A stretch of 64,000 nt of DNA, taken from NCBI GenBank assembly GCA_963663165.1, contig OY760175.1, forward strand, positions 3,456,001-3,520,000, read 5' to 3'. Origin of the DNA: an uncultured Desulfospira sp. Its GTDB lineage: Bacteria; Desulfobacterota; Desulfobacteria; Desulfobacterales; Desulfobacteraceae. Position 1 is the first letter of the stretch. Each line of letters starts with the position of its first letter. The notes beneath the pieces were generated by a model. It was given only the letters and a program-made list of their open reading frames with translations. It was not told the origin of the DNA and did no database searches. The position numbers and the translations under genes are program-made. This document shows positions 51,135-61,200 of the stretch, one piece after another.

Positions 51135-53255
51135 TCATTGCCTTTTCCTGTCCAGTTCTTCCCGGATTGCCGCCGTCAATACCTGTCGGGTGACCGGTTT
51201 TTGAAGATACCGGCGGATTCCCATTTTAACGGCATCCTCTTCCATGAAGGTTTCATGGAATCCGGTGTTAAGAATCACCGGCATATTCTTTCTTAAAGAC
51301 AAAATTTTCTCAGACAACTGCCGGCCGTCCATCTTGGGCATGCTCATATCGGTAATGACCAGATCAAATTCATCGGGGTGTTCCTCAAAGGCCCTGAAAG
51401 CCGACAGACTGTCGGTAAAACCTGCGACCGTATAACCCATATAAGAAAGAATCTTCTGGGTGGATTCCAGAATACTGTGTTCATCATCGACCAGCAGGAT
51501 TCTTTCGGTTCCAAAAAATTCTTCTATGTTGTCTTCTGTCTTTGGGTGAAGATCCGTCAGATGATTTATGATGGGGAAAAACACTTTAAAAACAGTTCCG
51601 CCGCCGACCTGGCTGGATACTTTGATAAACCCGTTATGTTTTTTGACGATACCGATTACCACGGACAAGCCTAACCCGGTTCCCTGGGAGACTTGTTTGG
51701 TGGTGAAATAGGGATCAAAAATGCGCTCTATGGATTTTTCTTCAATGCCGCACCCGGTATCTTCTATTTTTAAAACAAGATATTGACCGGGAGAATGCCC
51801 CTCTTCCGTATCTTCTTTGGCAAGTTCAACATCCTGCAACGATACGGATAAGGTTCCGCCGGTATTTCTCATGGCATGGTATGCATTGGTGCACAGGTTC
51901 ATGACAACCTGGTGAATCTGGGTCCCATCCGCCAGAACCATGCTTCTGGAGTCGATTTTTTCAACCATATCGATTGTTGAAGGAATTGATGACCGCAGGA
52001 ATTTGACCGCCTCCTTGACGATCAGATAAAGTTTCAACGGCTCCAGTTCAGACTCGCTTTGCCGGCTGAAGGTCAGGATCTGGGAGACAAGCTCACCGGC
52101 ACGCCGTGCGCCTTTCATCACCTGCTCGATATGGTTGTGCGCCTTCTCTGCTATGTCAATATCCATTCTGGTAAGCTCTGCATACCCTAAAATACTGGAA
52201 AGAATATTGTTAAAATCATGGGCAATGCCTCCGGCCAAAGTCCCTATGGCCTCCATTTTCTGGGCCTGGCGAAGCTGCAGTTCGGTTTTTCTGGACGCCT
52301 GAAATGCCTTAATGGCCCGAATGGTCTCACAACTGTAAGACGCAAGGATTGCGCCGATCTCTTTATCCTGTTCGGTAAAGGAAAGATTGTCCCGATTGTG
52401 AAGGGCGATAACACCAATAAGGCGGCCATAACTGTCCTGTATGGGAAACGCAAGAAATGAACCGTTTGAATATTCGGGCCAGCCGCTGGGCAGATAATTT
52501 TTTTCTTCTTTAATGTTATGGGCAAGAAGGGGCCGGCCCTGATTTAAAACCATATTGAAGACGGATTTTTCAGGTAACGGGAACGGTATAAATGCTGAAG
52601 AATGCCCCGGGTCAAGGGAATGCTGGAGCCGCAAACCATTTTTTTCAATCAGGTACAGGCTTCCGTTGGTTGCCCCCATATGGGCTGCAAACTCTTCCAG
52701 CACTTTTACACTGAACTGCGCCATATCAGTGCATCCGGCCAGCCGCTGTGTGGCTTCTACAATCTTATGCAGCCGGGTATTGATGTTGGATAAATGGGTG
52801 TTGGCGTTTTCAAGTTCAAGGGTCCTTCCCTTTACCATGCTTTCCAGGTGTTCCTGGTAGGCCTGGTTTTCTTTAACCAGCCGCCTCTTTTCCAGGGCTT
52901 TTTCAACCGCGTGCCGCAGAATGGAAAAATCCCGGACCGGTTTTTCAAGATAATCCCAGGCCCCATACCGCAATGACCTGACCACGTCTTCGATACGATT
53001 GGCGCCGGAAATGACAATTATCGGCAGGTCCGGGGCGAGCTTTCCGCTTTGTTTCAACACATTAAGCCCATCCATCTCCGGCATCCGAAGGTCGAGCAGA
53101 ACCAGGTCGGGGCGCTCAGATAACAGAAGTTCAAGACCGGTCCTGCCGTTTTCGGCTAGCATCACCTCATAGCCCATATCTTCCAGAAAGTCTGCAAAAC
53201 TTTGGCGGATATGCATCTCGTCGTCAATAACGAGTATTTTCAATAGATCTTTCAT
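51135..53255 (-). CDS. Cytoplasmic hybrid histidine kinase (REC-GAF-HisKA-HATPase-REC)
   Basis: LLDLRMP; GTLAGGIAHDFNNIL; GTGLGL; ITDMSMP. Confidence 0.92.
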   Translation of the reverse strand: MKDLLKILVIDDEMHIRQSFADFLEDMGYEVMLAENGRTGLELLLSERPDLVLLDLRMPEMDGLNVLKQSGKLAPDLPIIVISGANRIEDVVRSLRYGAWDYLEKPVRDFSILRHAVEKALEKRRLVKENQAYQEHLESMVKGRTLELENANTHLSNINTRLHKIVEATQRLAGCTDMAQFSVKVLEEFAAHMGATNGSLYLIEKNGLRLQHSLDPGHSSAFIPFPLPEKSVFNMVLNQGRPLLAHNIKEEKNYLPSGWPEYSNGSFLAFPIQDSYGRLIGVIALHNRDNLSFTEQDKEIGAILASYSCETIRAIKAFQASRKTELQLRQAQKMEAIGTLAGGIAHDFNNILSSILGYAELTRMDIDIAEKAHNHIEQVMKGARRAGELVSQILTFSRQSESELEPLKLYLIVKEAVKFLRSSIPSTIDMVEKIDSRSMVLADGTQIHQVVMNLCTNAYHAMRNTGGTLSVSLQDVELAKEDTEEGHSPGQYLVLKIEDTGCGIEEKSIERIFDPYFTTKQVSQGTGLGLSVVIGIVKKHNGFIKVSSQVGGGTVFKVFFPIINHLTDLHPKTEDNIEEFFGTERILLVDDEHSILESTQKILSYMGYTVAGFTDSLSAFRAFEEHPDEFDLVITDMSMPKMDGRQLSEKILSLRKNMPVILNTGFHETFMEEDAVKMGIRRYLQKPVTRQVLTAAIREELDRKRQ

Positions 53256-56200
53256 ATATATGTCCTGTGTTGTCCTGCCCCAGGGGCAGGCGTATGGTGA
53301 AGACAGATCCTTTTCCCGGCTCTGACATCACATCCATGGTTCCGCCATGGTTCTGGGTAATGATAAAATAAGAGACGGACAGTCCAAGCCCGGTTCCCAC
53401 GCCCACCGGCTTGGTGGTGAAGAAGGGGTCAAAAACTTGTTTGCGGATTTTTTCCGCCATCCCGGGTCCGTTGTCCTCGATCTCCATGCAGACCATATCC
53501 CGGGCCGGATCCGCATAAGTCCGGATAATGAACCTGGCGTTCAAGGTTTCTGCGCCTTGCATGGCCTGAGTCCCGTTGGTCAGGATATTGAGGATCACCT
53601 GCTGGATTTTGCTGGCCTGGCAGGGGACCACAGGCAGATTCTCGTCATATTCCCTGGTGATCTCAATTTGCCTGAAGTCAAACTTTTTTTTCAGGTTGTA
53701 ATCTGTAGCCGCAAGCTCAATGGTCCTGTCCAGGATTTGGTTAAGGTGGTGGGTGGATTTAGCCATGTCGTCTCTTCTGGCAAAACTGAGCATGTTATTT
53801 ACAATCTGAGCCACCCGCTGTCCGGAGACGATGATGGCGTCAACCATCCTGTTTATCCCCCTGTCCGCCATGAACTGTTCAATGGATTCCATGGTGGTGC
53901 CGGCGGTTTGGGCCGCTTTGTGGTTGGCCGGAATACCTGCGCCTGCAGTAAGCCGCTGGGCCATGACCTGGGCGGTCTGCATCATACCGGCCAGGGGATT
54001 GTTGATTTCGTGGGCCATGCCTGCCGCAAGCCCCCCCACGGAGAGCATTTTTTCGCTCTGGATCATCATTTCCTCCATCCGCATCTGCTCGGTGACGTCA
54101 TCCACCCGGATCACGGCGCCTTTCACCCCGTTGGCTTCCAGGGGGAAAATGGTAATATCCTCGTACCGGGTCTCCTCCCGGTTCCGGCGGGCCACCTTGG
54201 ACTTTCTGAGTACCCGGCGGTCCCGGATAGACGCTTTGATGAGGCCTATTTCATTCTTCAGGCCGGGGAAGACCTGATCTAACGGCTTGGCACAGGCCTT
54301 TTCAGAACTGATCCCGGTAAGTTGCCCGGCCCGGTGATTCCACTGGGTCACCGCCCCGTCACTGTCCACGCCCACCAACACGGAAGGCATGGCGTCAATG
54401 ACGTTGGACAGATAGTTTCGCAGGCGGATCAGCTCCTGTTCGTCTTGCTTTTGCCGGGTAATATCGACACCGACAGCCACCACCCCCATGACACTTCCGC
54501 CACTGTCCTTTAACGGGGAAAACGATCCTTTCATCCATGTTTCGCCCCCATCCGGATCAATTATCCGGCTCTCAACACCGCTGATCACCCCGCCTTTCAT
54601 TGCATTCCGGACATGGGTTTCAAATACGGTACCCCTTATATGCGGAAAAACATCCCAGGGCGCTCTGCCCATTACCTCCTGCCTTGATTTGCCGGACATC
54701 TCTTCGTGTTTTTTATTGACCAGCTGATAAGCAAATTCATGATCAATCACTGAAACGGCTTCATCCATGGATTCCAGGATATTACTCAACAGCTGCCGGT
54801 TTTCCTGCAGTGCTTTATCCGCCTGCTTACGCTCAAAAATGTTTTCTATAAAAGCAATGTGGAATTCCTGGGCCTCGAACCGGACCATTTTCTCCACAAC
54901 CTGGATGGGAAAGACCTCACCGTTCCTTCGCCGGTGCAGGGATTCAACGGTTCTGCTGCCCGCCTTTTTGAGTGTGTCAATCCCCTTGGCCCAACGGCCT
55001 CGGTCCATGGCGGGACCAAGGTCAAAAACAGTCATGCGGTAAAGTTCCTCTTGGGTATACCCAAGGCTTATGCATCCCTCCTTGTTGACGTCAATGATCC
55101 GGCCATCTGCGCCCATTCTCCAGATTCCCATGGGGGCGTTGTCAATAATGGAACGGGCCATCCTAAGCGAGGACTCCAGTGCCTTGCGCTCCGTAATATC
55201 GGTAAGCATGCCGTAATGAAAAACCATGTCATGGCTTCGCCGGGGAGAGGAACGGCCCTCAAACCAGATTTCCTCTCCGGACGGCTTGTTGAACCGCCCT
55301 TCATAATGCCAGGGTTTGACGGCTTCGACGGCGTCTTCTACGGACAGGACAAAGCGGGACCGGTCTTTTTCGGGAAGGCAGGCCACAAAATGATCTATAA
55401 AATGTTCATGTTCAAAATCCAGCCCAAAAATTTCCATGCCCCTTTCCCGGGCCAGAGTGGTAATGGCCCTTGCTTCGGATGCATTGGGATCGGCCATATG
55501 CTGAAACACCACACCGGGGATATTGACCAGAATCTCCCTGGTCCGATGTTCATTGGCCTTGAGCTCCCTTTCCCGCTTCGCGATCTTTTGGGCCATGCGC
55601 TCAAGGCTTTGGCGCAGCAGCGCGAACTCTGCTGTTTTATGGTCAGGCCATTGAAGGTCATAGCATCCATTGGCAACTGATGCGGCCTGTTTTGCATAGG
55701 AAGTAAAAACATGGGAAAACTTGCCGGAGAGAAACCAGCCTATGGACAAGGCCAGCACCAGGGCAAGAACCAGCCCCAGGCCGATCAGAATCAGGGTGTC
55801 CCACAACGGCTTTAGGGCCTTGTGGAGCGGCTGGGCCATCAGGACTTTCCAGCCGGTCTCTTCCACCTCCACTGCGGTGCCCAGCATCTTTAGGCCATTG
55901 AGTTCAAATATCTTTGAAACGGCCATGGGATTATCTTCAGGTTTAGTCCCTCTAACAATTCCGGCGGGAAATATCTGTCCCCAGTACCGCCGTTGGGAAT
56001 CGGTCACCACCGTTCCCCGGTCATCCATTATCAAGGTCAGCAATTGGGATTCTGCCGGCGGGTGGCTGATGAATTTGGACAGGTTTTCCAGAGTTAGTTC
56101 TCCGATGATAAACCCCTGTGCCAGTGGAATGGTCAGCGCGACGGCAGGGCGGCTGTCCACTGTGGATAAAAAGGATTTTGACCAGGCCGGCGTTTGGGTG

Positions 56201-56634
56201 CCCTTCACGGTGTAGACGGGCCTGCGGCCGGATAAGTCCATCCCGATGAAATCAGAACGCCTCTGCCGGCGGGCCCGGGCCAGGCCGGCCGCCTGGATAA
56301 AGAACCCAGTATTGTCCACCACAAACAGGGCCTCGAAGAAATCACCGTTGCCGCAATGGGCATCCAGCAGGTCGTTCAGGGCAGGATCCGGCCTTAGCTG
56401 CCGGTTGCCCAGGTATCCGGCCAGGGCCGCGAGCCCGCGCTCGCCACCGGCCAGATGGGCACACAGCTGGTCGGCAATGGAGATGGCCATGGCCTGGTGC
56501 TGCCGGCCTGTGCGCGCCTTTATGGCTGGCATCATAAACCACCAGGTCAAACAGGCAATAATCATTACAGGCAGAACCGCCACTGCGCTGAAATGCCTTG
56601 ACAGATAATTTTTCAGGGTAATTTTAGATGCCAT
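53224..56634 (-). CDS. Membrane sensor histidine kinase (Cache-like, HAMP, multiple PAS)
   Basis: Two TM segments; PAS/PAC repeats (DITERK, DITRQK); AGMAHEINNPL; FFTTK..GTGLGL. Confidence 0.92.
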   Translation of the reverse strand: MASKITLKNYLSRHFSAVAVLPVMIIACLTWWFMMPAIKARTGRQHQAMAISIADQLCAHLAGGERGLAALAGYLGNRQLRPDPALNDLLDAHCGNGDFFEALFVVDNTGFFIQAAGLARARRQRRSDFIGMDLSGRRPVYTVKGTQTPAWSKSFLSTVDSRPAVALTIPLAQGFIIGELTLENLSKFISHPPAESQLLTLIMDDRGTVVTDSQRRYWGQIFPAGIVRGTKPEDNPMAVSKIFELNGLKMLGTAVEVEETGWKVLMAQPLHKALKPLWDTLILIGLGLVLALVLALSIGWFLSGKFSHVFTSYAKQAASVANGCYDLQWPDHKTAEFALLRQSLERMAQKIAKRERELKANEHRTREILVNIPGVVFQHMADPNASEARAITTLARERGMEIFGLDFEHEHFIDHFVACLPEKDRSRFVLSVEDAVEAVKPWHYEGRFNKPSGEEIWFEGRSSPRRSHDMVFHYGMLTDITERKALESSLRMARSIIDNAPMGIWRMGADGRIIDVNKEGCISLGYTQEELYRMTVFDLGPAMDRGRWAKGIDTLKKAGSRTVESLHRRRNGEVFPIQVVEKMVRFEAQEFHIAFIENIFERKQADKALQENRQLLSNILESMDEAVSVIDHEFAYQLVNKKHEEMSGKSRQEVMGRAPWDVFPHIRGTVFETHVRNAMKGGVISGVESRIIDPDGGETWMKGSFSPLKDSGGSVMGVVAVGVDITRQKQDEQELIRLRNYLSNVIDAMPSVLVGVDSDGAVTQWNHRAGQLTGISSEKACAKPLDQVFPGLKNEIGLIKASIRDRRVLRKSKVARRNREETRYEDITIFPLEANGVKGAVIRVDDVTEQMRMEEMMIQSEKMLSVGGLAAGMAHEINNPLAGMMQTAQVMAQRLTAGAGIPANHKAAQTAGTTMESIEQFMADRGINRMVDAIIVSGQRVAQIVNNMLSFARRDDMAKSTHHLNQILDRTIELAATDYNLKKKFDFRQIEITREYDENLPVVPCQASKIQQVILNILTNGTQAMQGAETLNARFIIRTYADPARDMVCMEIEDNGPGMAEKIRKQVFDPFFTTKPVGVGTGLGLSVSYFIITQNHGGTMDVMSEPGKGSVFTIRLPLGQDNTGHIYERSIENTRY

Positions 56635-56638
56635 AAAA

Positions 56639-57772
56639 TCACTCCGGTTCAGTAAATTTCCCGTTGCGGATGACACGAATGAAGGCTGGTTTTTTCACAT
56701 CCCCCCATGCGTCAAACCTGGTTTTTCCCTGCAGGCTGTCAAATTCGCCAAGACAAAGAAGGGCCGCTTTCAGGCTTTGCCCGGGTTTTTGGATATTCAA
56801 AGCCGTCAGCACTGCCTGGGCGGCATTGTAAGAATATAAGCTGATAATCCCGGGCTCATGCTGGTAAGTGTCACGAAAAGTCCGGCGAAAATTCTGATAC
56901 CGGGGATTGGGACTGTCCCAGTCTATATCCATGGCCAGACTGACCCCTTCAACGGTCTGGCCGCCCAGTTCTATAAACCGGTGGGTACCGCCCCAGGTGG
57001 ACAGGCTGATGTTGACTAAAGGGTTTATTTTGCGGATCTGCTGGCATAACATTGCCGAATCCATGGCATTGGCAATGATCAGTATCCCGTCCGGATCTTG
57101 ACTTAACAATTCATTGGCAATCTGAAAAAAGGGCCGCTTATCGTTTGCTGTAAATTCTATGCTGGTGATAACCTTTCCCCCGCCGGCGTTAAACGCTTTT
57201 TCAAAATCTTTAATGAACGGTTCACAGTATGAAGGGTTCCTGCCATGAAAGGCCACCGCAATGCGCCGCATGTTGCCCGATCGAATCTGATACTCGGCGT
57301 TCATGCGGGCAGCATCACCGGCCGGGGGACAGACACGGAAAAAATAATCGTCCCGGCCGGACAGCAGGGGAGTGGTTGCCGTAGGGGAGACAGTCACCAT
57401 CCGGGATTCGTTCACGTATGGCAGCATCGCCATGGCCATGGTGCTGGACATGGGGCCGATGATGACATCAACTTTTTGTGCAATTAACTGCTTAACATCC
57501 TTTACCGTATCATTGGCATTCTGCTGGCCGTCTTTGACAATCACTTCCACCCGCCGGCCCCGGATACCGCCCTTTTCATTGCACTGGTCCACAGCCAGTT
57601 GGATCGCATAACGGGCCGCTAACCCCATATCGGCCATGTGACCTGCTGTGCCGGTGACAATGCCGATCCGGACAGGCTCCTGAGGAGCGCAGCTTTGCAG
57701 GATAACAGCAGTAAAGACAAAGCCCACTATTGGCATCAAGACAACATTTTTGAAAAAAGCATTATGGGACAT
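56639..57772 (-). CDS. LivJ/LivK-like ABC substrate-binding lipoprotein
   Basis: Lipobox LQSC; VRIGIV; NEKGGIRGR; IIGPMSS; DYFFRVC. Confidence 0.88.
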   Translation of the reverse strand: MSHNAFFKNVVLMPIVGFVFTAVILQSCAPQEPVRIGIVTGTAGHMADMGLAARYAIQLAVDQCNEKGGIRGRRVEVIVKDGQQNANDTVKDVKQLIAQKVDVIIGPMSSTMAMAMLPYVNESRMVTVSPTATTPLLSGRDDYFFRVCPPAGDAARMNAEYQIRSGNMRRIAVAFHGRNPSYCEPFIKDFEKAFNAGGGKVITSIEFTANDKRPFFQIANELLSQDPDGILIIANAMDSAMLCQQIRKINPLVNISLSTWGGTHRFIELGGQTVEGVSLAMDIDWDSPNPRYQNFRRTFRDTYQHEPGIISLYSYNAAQAVLTALNIQKPGQSLKAALLCLGEFDSLQGKTRFDAWGDVKKPAFIRVIRNGKFTEPE

Positions 57773-57880
57773 TGAGAAAAACCTCTTGCCAAGTTTAGCT
57801 TTAAAATTATATAGCCCGCTCTTTTATCTGCTTTCTTTTAAATTTTCGACGGCAGGCATTTCATATCATTTGATATTATG

Positions 57881-57895
57881 GCAAGAGGCATGCCA
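57881..57895 (-). promoter_or_regulatory. Candidate sigma-54 (-24/-12) promoter
   Basis: Minus strand TGGCAT-GCCTC-TTGC matches TGGCAC-N5-TTGC spacing, about 110 bp upstream of the binding-protein gene. Confidence 0.6.
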
Positions 57896-58111
57896 ATAGA
57901 CAAAATTTTTAAAATCTTAATATAAAACAGGATGTTATATGGATGTCGACTATTTCGCGGGGGTTGATTTCGACCTGTTTTCTTGAAAAAAAGAACGGTT
58001 TATATTCTCGTTTCCAAGAACGGATAACTTCATGTTTTCGGCCCCCAAAAGACTCGATTAAGGCCGTTTTAGGCGCCTATTTTCAGCTCTTTTCCTGATA
58101 TTACAATGAGT

Positions 58112-58212
58112 TGCTGCGGCCCGACCCCAAGCCCTGATGGGGCTGCGGCCCGACCCCAAGCCCAAAACAAGCCCACCTGCGACCCCAAGCCCACGAGCCC
58201 AAGCCACAAGCC
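58112..58212. repeat. Short tandem repeats (gctgcggcccgaccccaagccc x2, then caagcc-type units)
   Basis: Direct repeats visible between the sensor module and the Rhs gene end. Confidence 0.7.
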
Positions 58213-58213
58213 A

Positions 58214-58243
58214 GAAAGCTGATTTAAAAGACCTCGGGATTTG
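58214..58243 (+). repeat. 30 bp direct repeat, right copy
   Basis: gaaagctgatttaaaagacctcgggatttg. Confidence 0.85.
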
Positions 58244-58268
58244 TTGAAGGCGGTCTTTTCCCGTTAAC

Positions 58269-61200
58269 TCAACCATCGTTTAACCATCGTTTATAGTTAC
58301 TTTGTTTCCATCTTAAATATTTGATATATGTATTGTATCCCACATCAGCCCAGGTTCTGATTGTTTCATACACACCAGGGGTGCCAGGCGGCGGCGGTGC
58401 CTGGAAGTTGCCGGCAAAAACTGAGGCGATAGACCCCATGATGCCGACAATCGTGTCAATACTGTCAACCGCATCATTGGCATATTGAATCGTCTCATTG
58501 CCCTTTATGGCACTTCTAAAACTTTCCAGTGCCATAATCTGCCGCTGGGTTTTTAACCAGTTATCCCGGCACTCGGACAGCCACGCGTCATTCATTTGAT
58601 TAAACAACGCATCCAGTTCTTCATTGTTCATTTCGTCAATTGGTTTATCAACGCACAACCCCCAGGGATCAGTCCATCTAACAGGGTTATTGAGGGCGTA
58701 AACATAATGATTCAATTCAGAATAAAGCGGATCCATGCGGTTATAGCGACCCAAAGCCGGGTCATAATAGCGATGCCAGTTATAGTACAGTCCGGACTCA
58801 GCGTCATGGTACTGGCCGGGCAGCCGCAGGTTGTTTTCCACTTCTTCATTCCAGATAGTGGCGTTGCCAAAGGCGTCATAGGTGGCCAGCCACACGACTT
58901 TGCCGGAAGGATTGACCAGCTGCCGGGGGGTCCCGAGATGGTCGGTCAGATAATAATAGGTCTGGGTACTGTCTTTCATGAACACCGGCCGGGTGCCCCA
59001 CAGGGAACCGGGTTCATACCCGTAGGATCGGATTAAGTTTGCACTTTCATCATATTCCCCGATAAGCCCTTCATCGGCATAGCAAAAATATGTCCGGATG
59101 CCGTTAACCTCTTTCCAGAGCCTTCTGCCGAAAGGATCATAGGCATATTCGGCCATCACGGTTCCGTCTTCTTTGGACAGTTTAACCAGGCGGTTCATGA
59201 TGTCGTACTCAAAAACCGTAATCTGTCCGTCAACGGTCTGCTGCACCATGTTTCCCCGGGCGTCGTACTCATAGGACCCGTTGGAATGGCTGATCAGCTC
59301 GTTGTTCCCGTTATACACCCACTGACCGGTGGTGTTTGAAGCGGTCAGGCGGTTGCCGGCACTGTCATAGGTATAGGCCTCATCATCGGCATCGGCATTT
59401 TGGGCAGAAATCAACCGGCTGGCCCCATCATATTCAAAGCTGCTTTGGCGCTGGTCGTTTATTCTTGATACCAGGTTGCCGGCAGCGGAATATTCATAGG
59501 CGTCAGTGGAAAGCCGGTTTGCTGCGGGATCTTTCAAGGTGATGGTTTCAGGCTGCATAAATGCCGTATAATCCAGCTCAATTTGTGATCCGCCGGCAAG
59601 CCGCATGTGTGTAGGGCGGTTCCACTGGTATCCGGTGTAGGTGACCGGACCTGAACGGGCCAGGCGGCCCGCCTCGTCATAGGTGTATTCAATCAGGGTG
59701 CCGTTAGGATAGGTCATGGATTTCTTTTTGCCGTTGGCATAATAGGCACAGGCATGGGTCAGGCTGAATTCCCCATAGTCTACAGACTCTTCAATCTTTC
59801 GTCCCAGCTCGTCATAGACAAAGGTTCCCGATATGGTTCCATGGGTGGTCTCGTCTTCCCAGGAGAGCAGATTTCCATTGGCATCATAGGTATACCGGAT
59901 CGTTTTCACGGCCGTGGTGAGATCATCGGCATAAAAGTGTTTTACCCCGGCCAGGCGATTCAATGCATCGTATTCATATTCGATTTTATGGCCCAGGGCA
60001 TCGGTTGCCGCAGTCTGGTTGCCGGCCGCATCATATTCAAACTCAATGACCCCGCCTTCCGGCCTGACCAGCCGGGTTAACCGGTTGGTCAGGTCATATG
60101 CCAGGGTGGTTTCATTTTCATTGGGATCCATTATTCCGATAAGATTGTTCCTGGCATCGTAAAAAAACCGGGCCGTATTGCCCGAAGCATCGGTCACACT
60201 GGCCAGCCGGTCGTGTTCGTCATAGGCATAGGTGGTCTGATGGCCGTCGGCGTCTGTAATACTTAAGATATTACCGTTGGCATCATAGGCATAATTGACG
60301 GCCCGGCTTTCATCCCCCTGGCTGTCCTTGACACGGATGGGCCGCTGGAACATATCGTAGGTCAACACCCGGGTAAAGGCCGGAAATGTTATGGAGACCG
60401 GGTTGGCGGATAAGGCAAAATTGTCCGATGTTTCGTCATAGCTGTATTCAACGGCTGTGCCTGAAGCATCCGAAGCCTTGAGCAGCCGCTGCTCATTATC
60501 ATAGGTAAAATTTTGCTCAATGCCTGCCGGGTCGGTGATCCGGGTGGCCTCATTGTCCGTGTTATAGTTCAGGGCGGTCTTTCCGGACAGCGGATCAATA
60601 TGGGTCACCAGGTTGTTGTGCGGATCGTAGGCCATGTCATACCGGTTCAGCCGCCGGTCGATAAACGCCGTTATGTTGTTGGCATTGTCATACTCATAGG
60701 CAGCACGATTGCCCATGGGATCTTCAATGGAAAGGGGGCGCCCCTTTTTATCGTACTCAATGTGCCATTGATTCCCCAAAGGATCGGTCACCTGCCCGGG
60801 ATTGCCCGTCAGGTCGTGCCCGGACATCAAGAAACTTCCGCCTTCAGGATGGGTTATGGCGTCCGTTGCGCCGGAGTCGGTATATGAATAGAGCCATATG
60901 GCGCTTTGTGTCTGGCCATCACCCTCAATGGTAACGGAAGACAGCTGCCCTTCATCGTCATAGGCATAGGTGGTTGTTCTCTGGGCATCCGTGCCATAGG
61001 CTTCGGTTTTTTCCATGAGTTTTCCCTGATCGTCATAATCAAACCGCGTGACCATATTCCGGCGGTTTGAATACTGGGTGATGGTGAAAAAGGTGGGATC
61101 ATAAATAAACTGCTCCGCCGTGGCATCGGGATAACAAATGCGGGTCAGGTTGCCCCATTCATCAAAGGTTTTTACGGTCACCGCCCCTTTCTCATCCATA

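Noticed and set aside
53347..54282. 311 aa plus-strand ORF
   Set aside because: Antisense shadow of the histidine kinase gene.
58058..58276. 72 aa ORF overlapping the Rhs stop as a candidate immunity gene
   Set aside because: It is built from the duplicated 30-mer and tandem repeats read antisense and has low complexity, so it is unlikely to be a real protein. Not strictly excluded.
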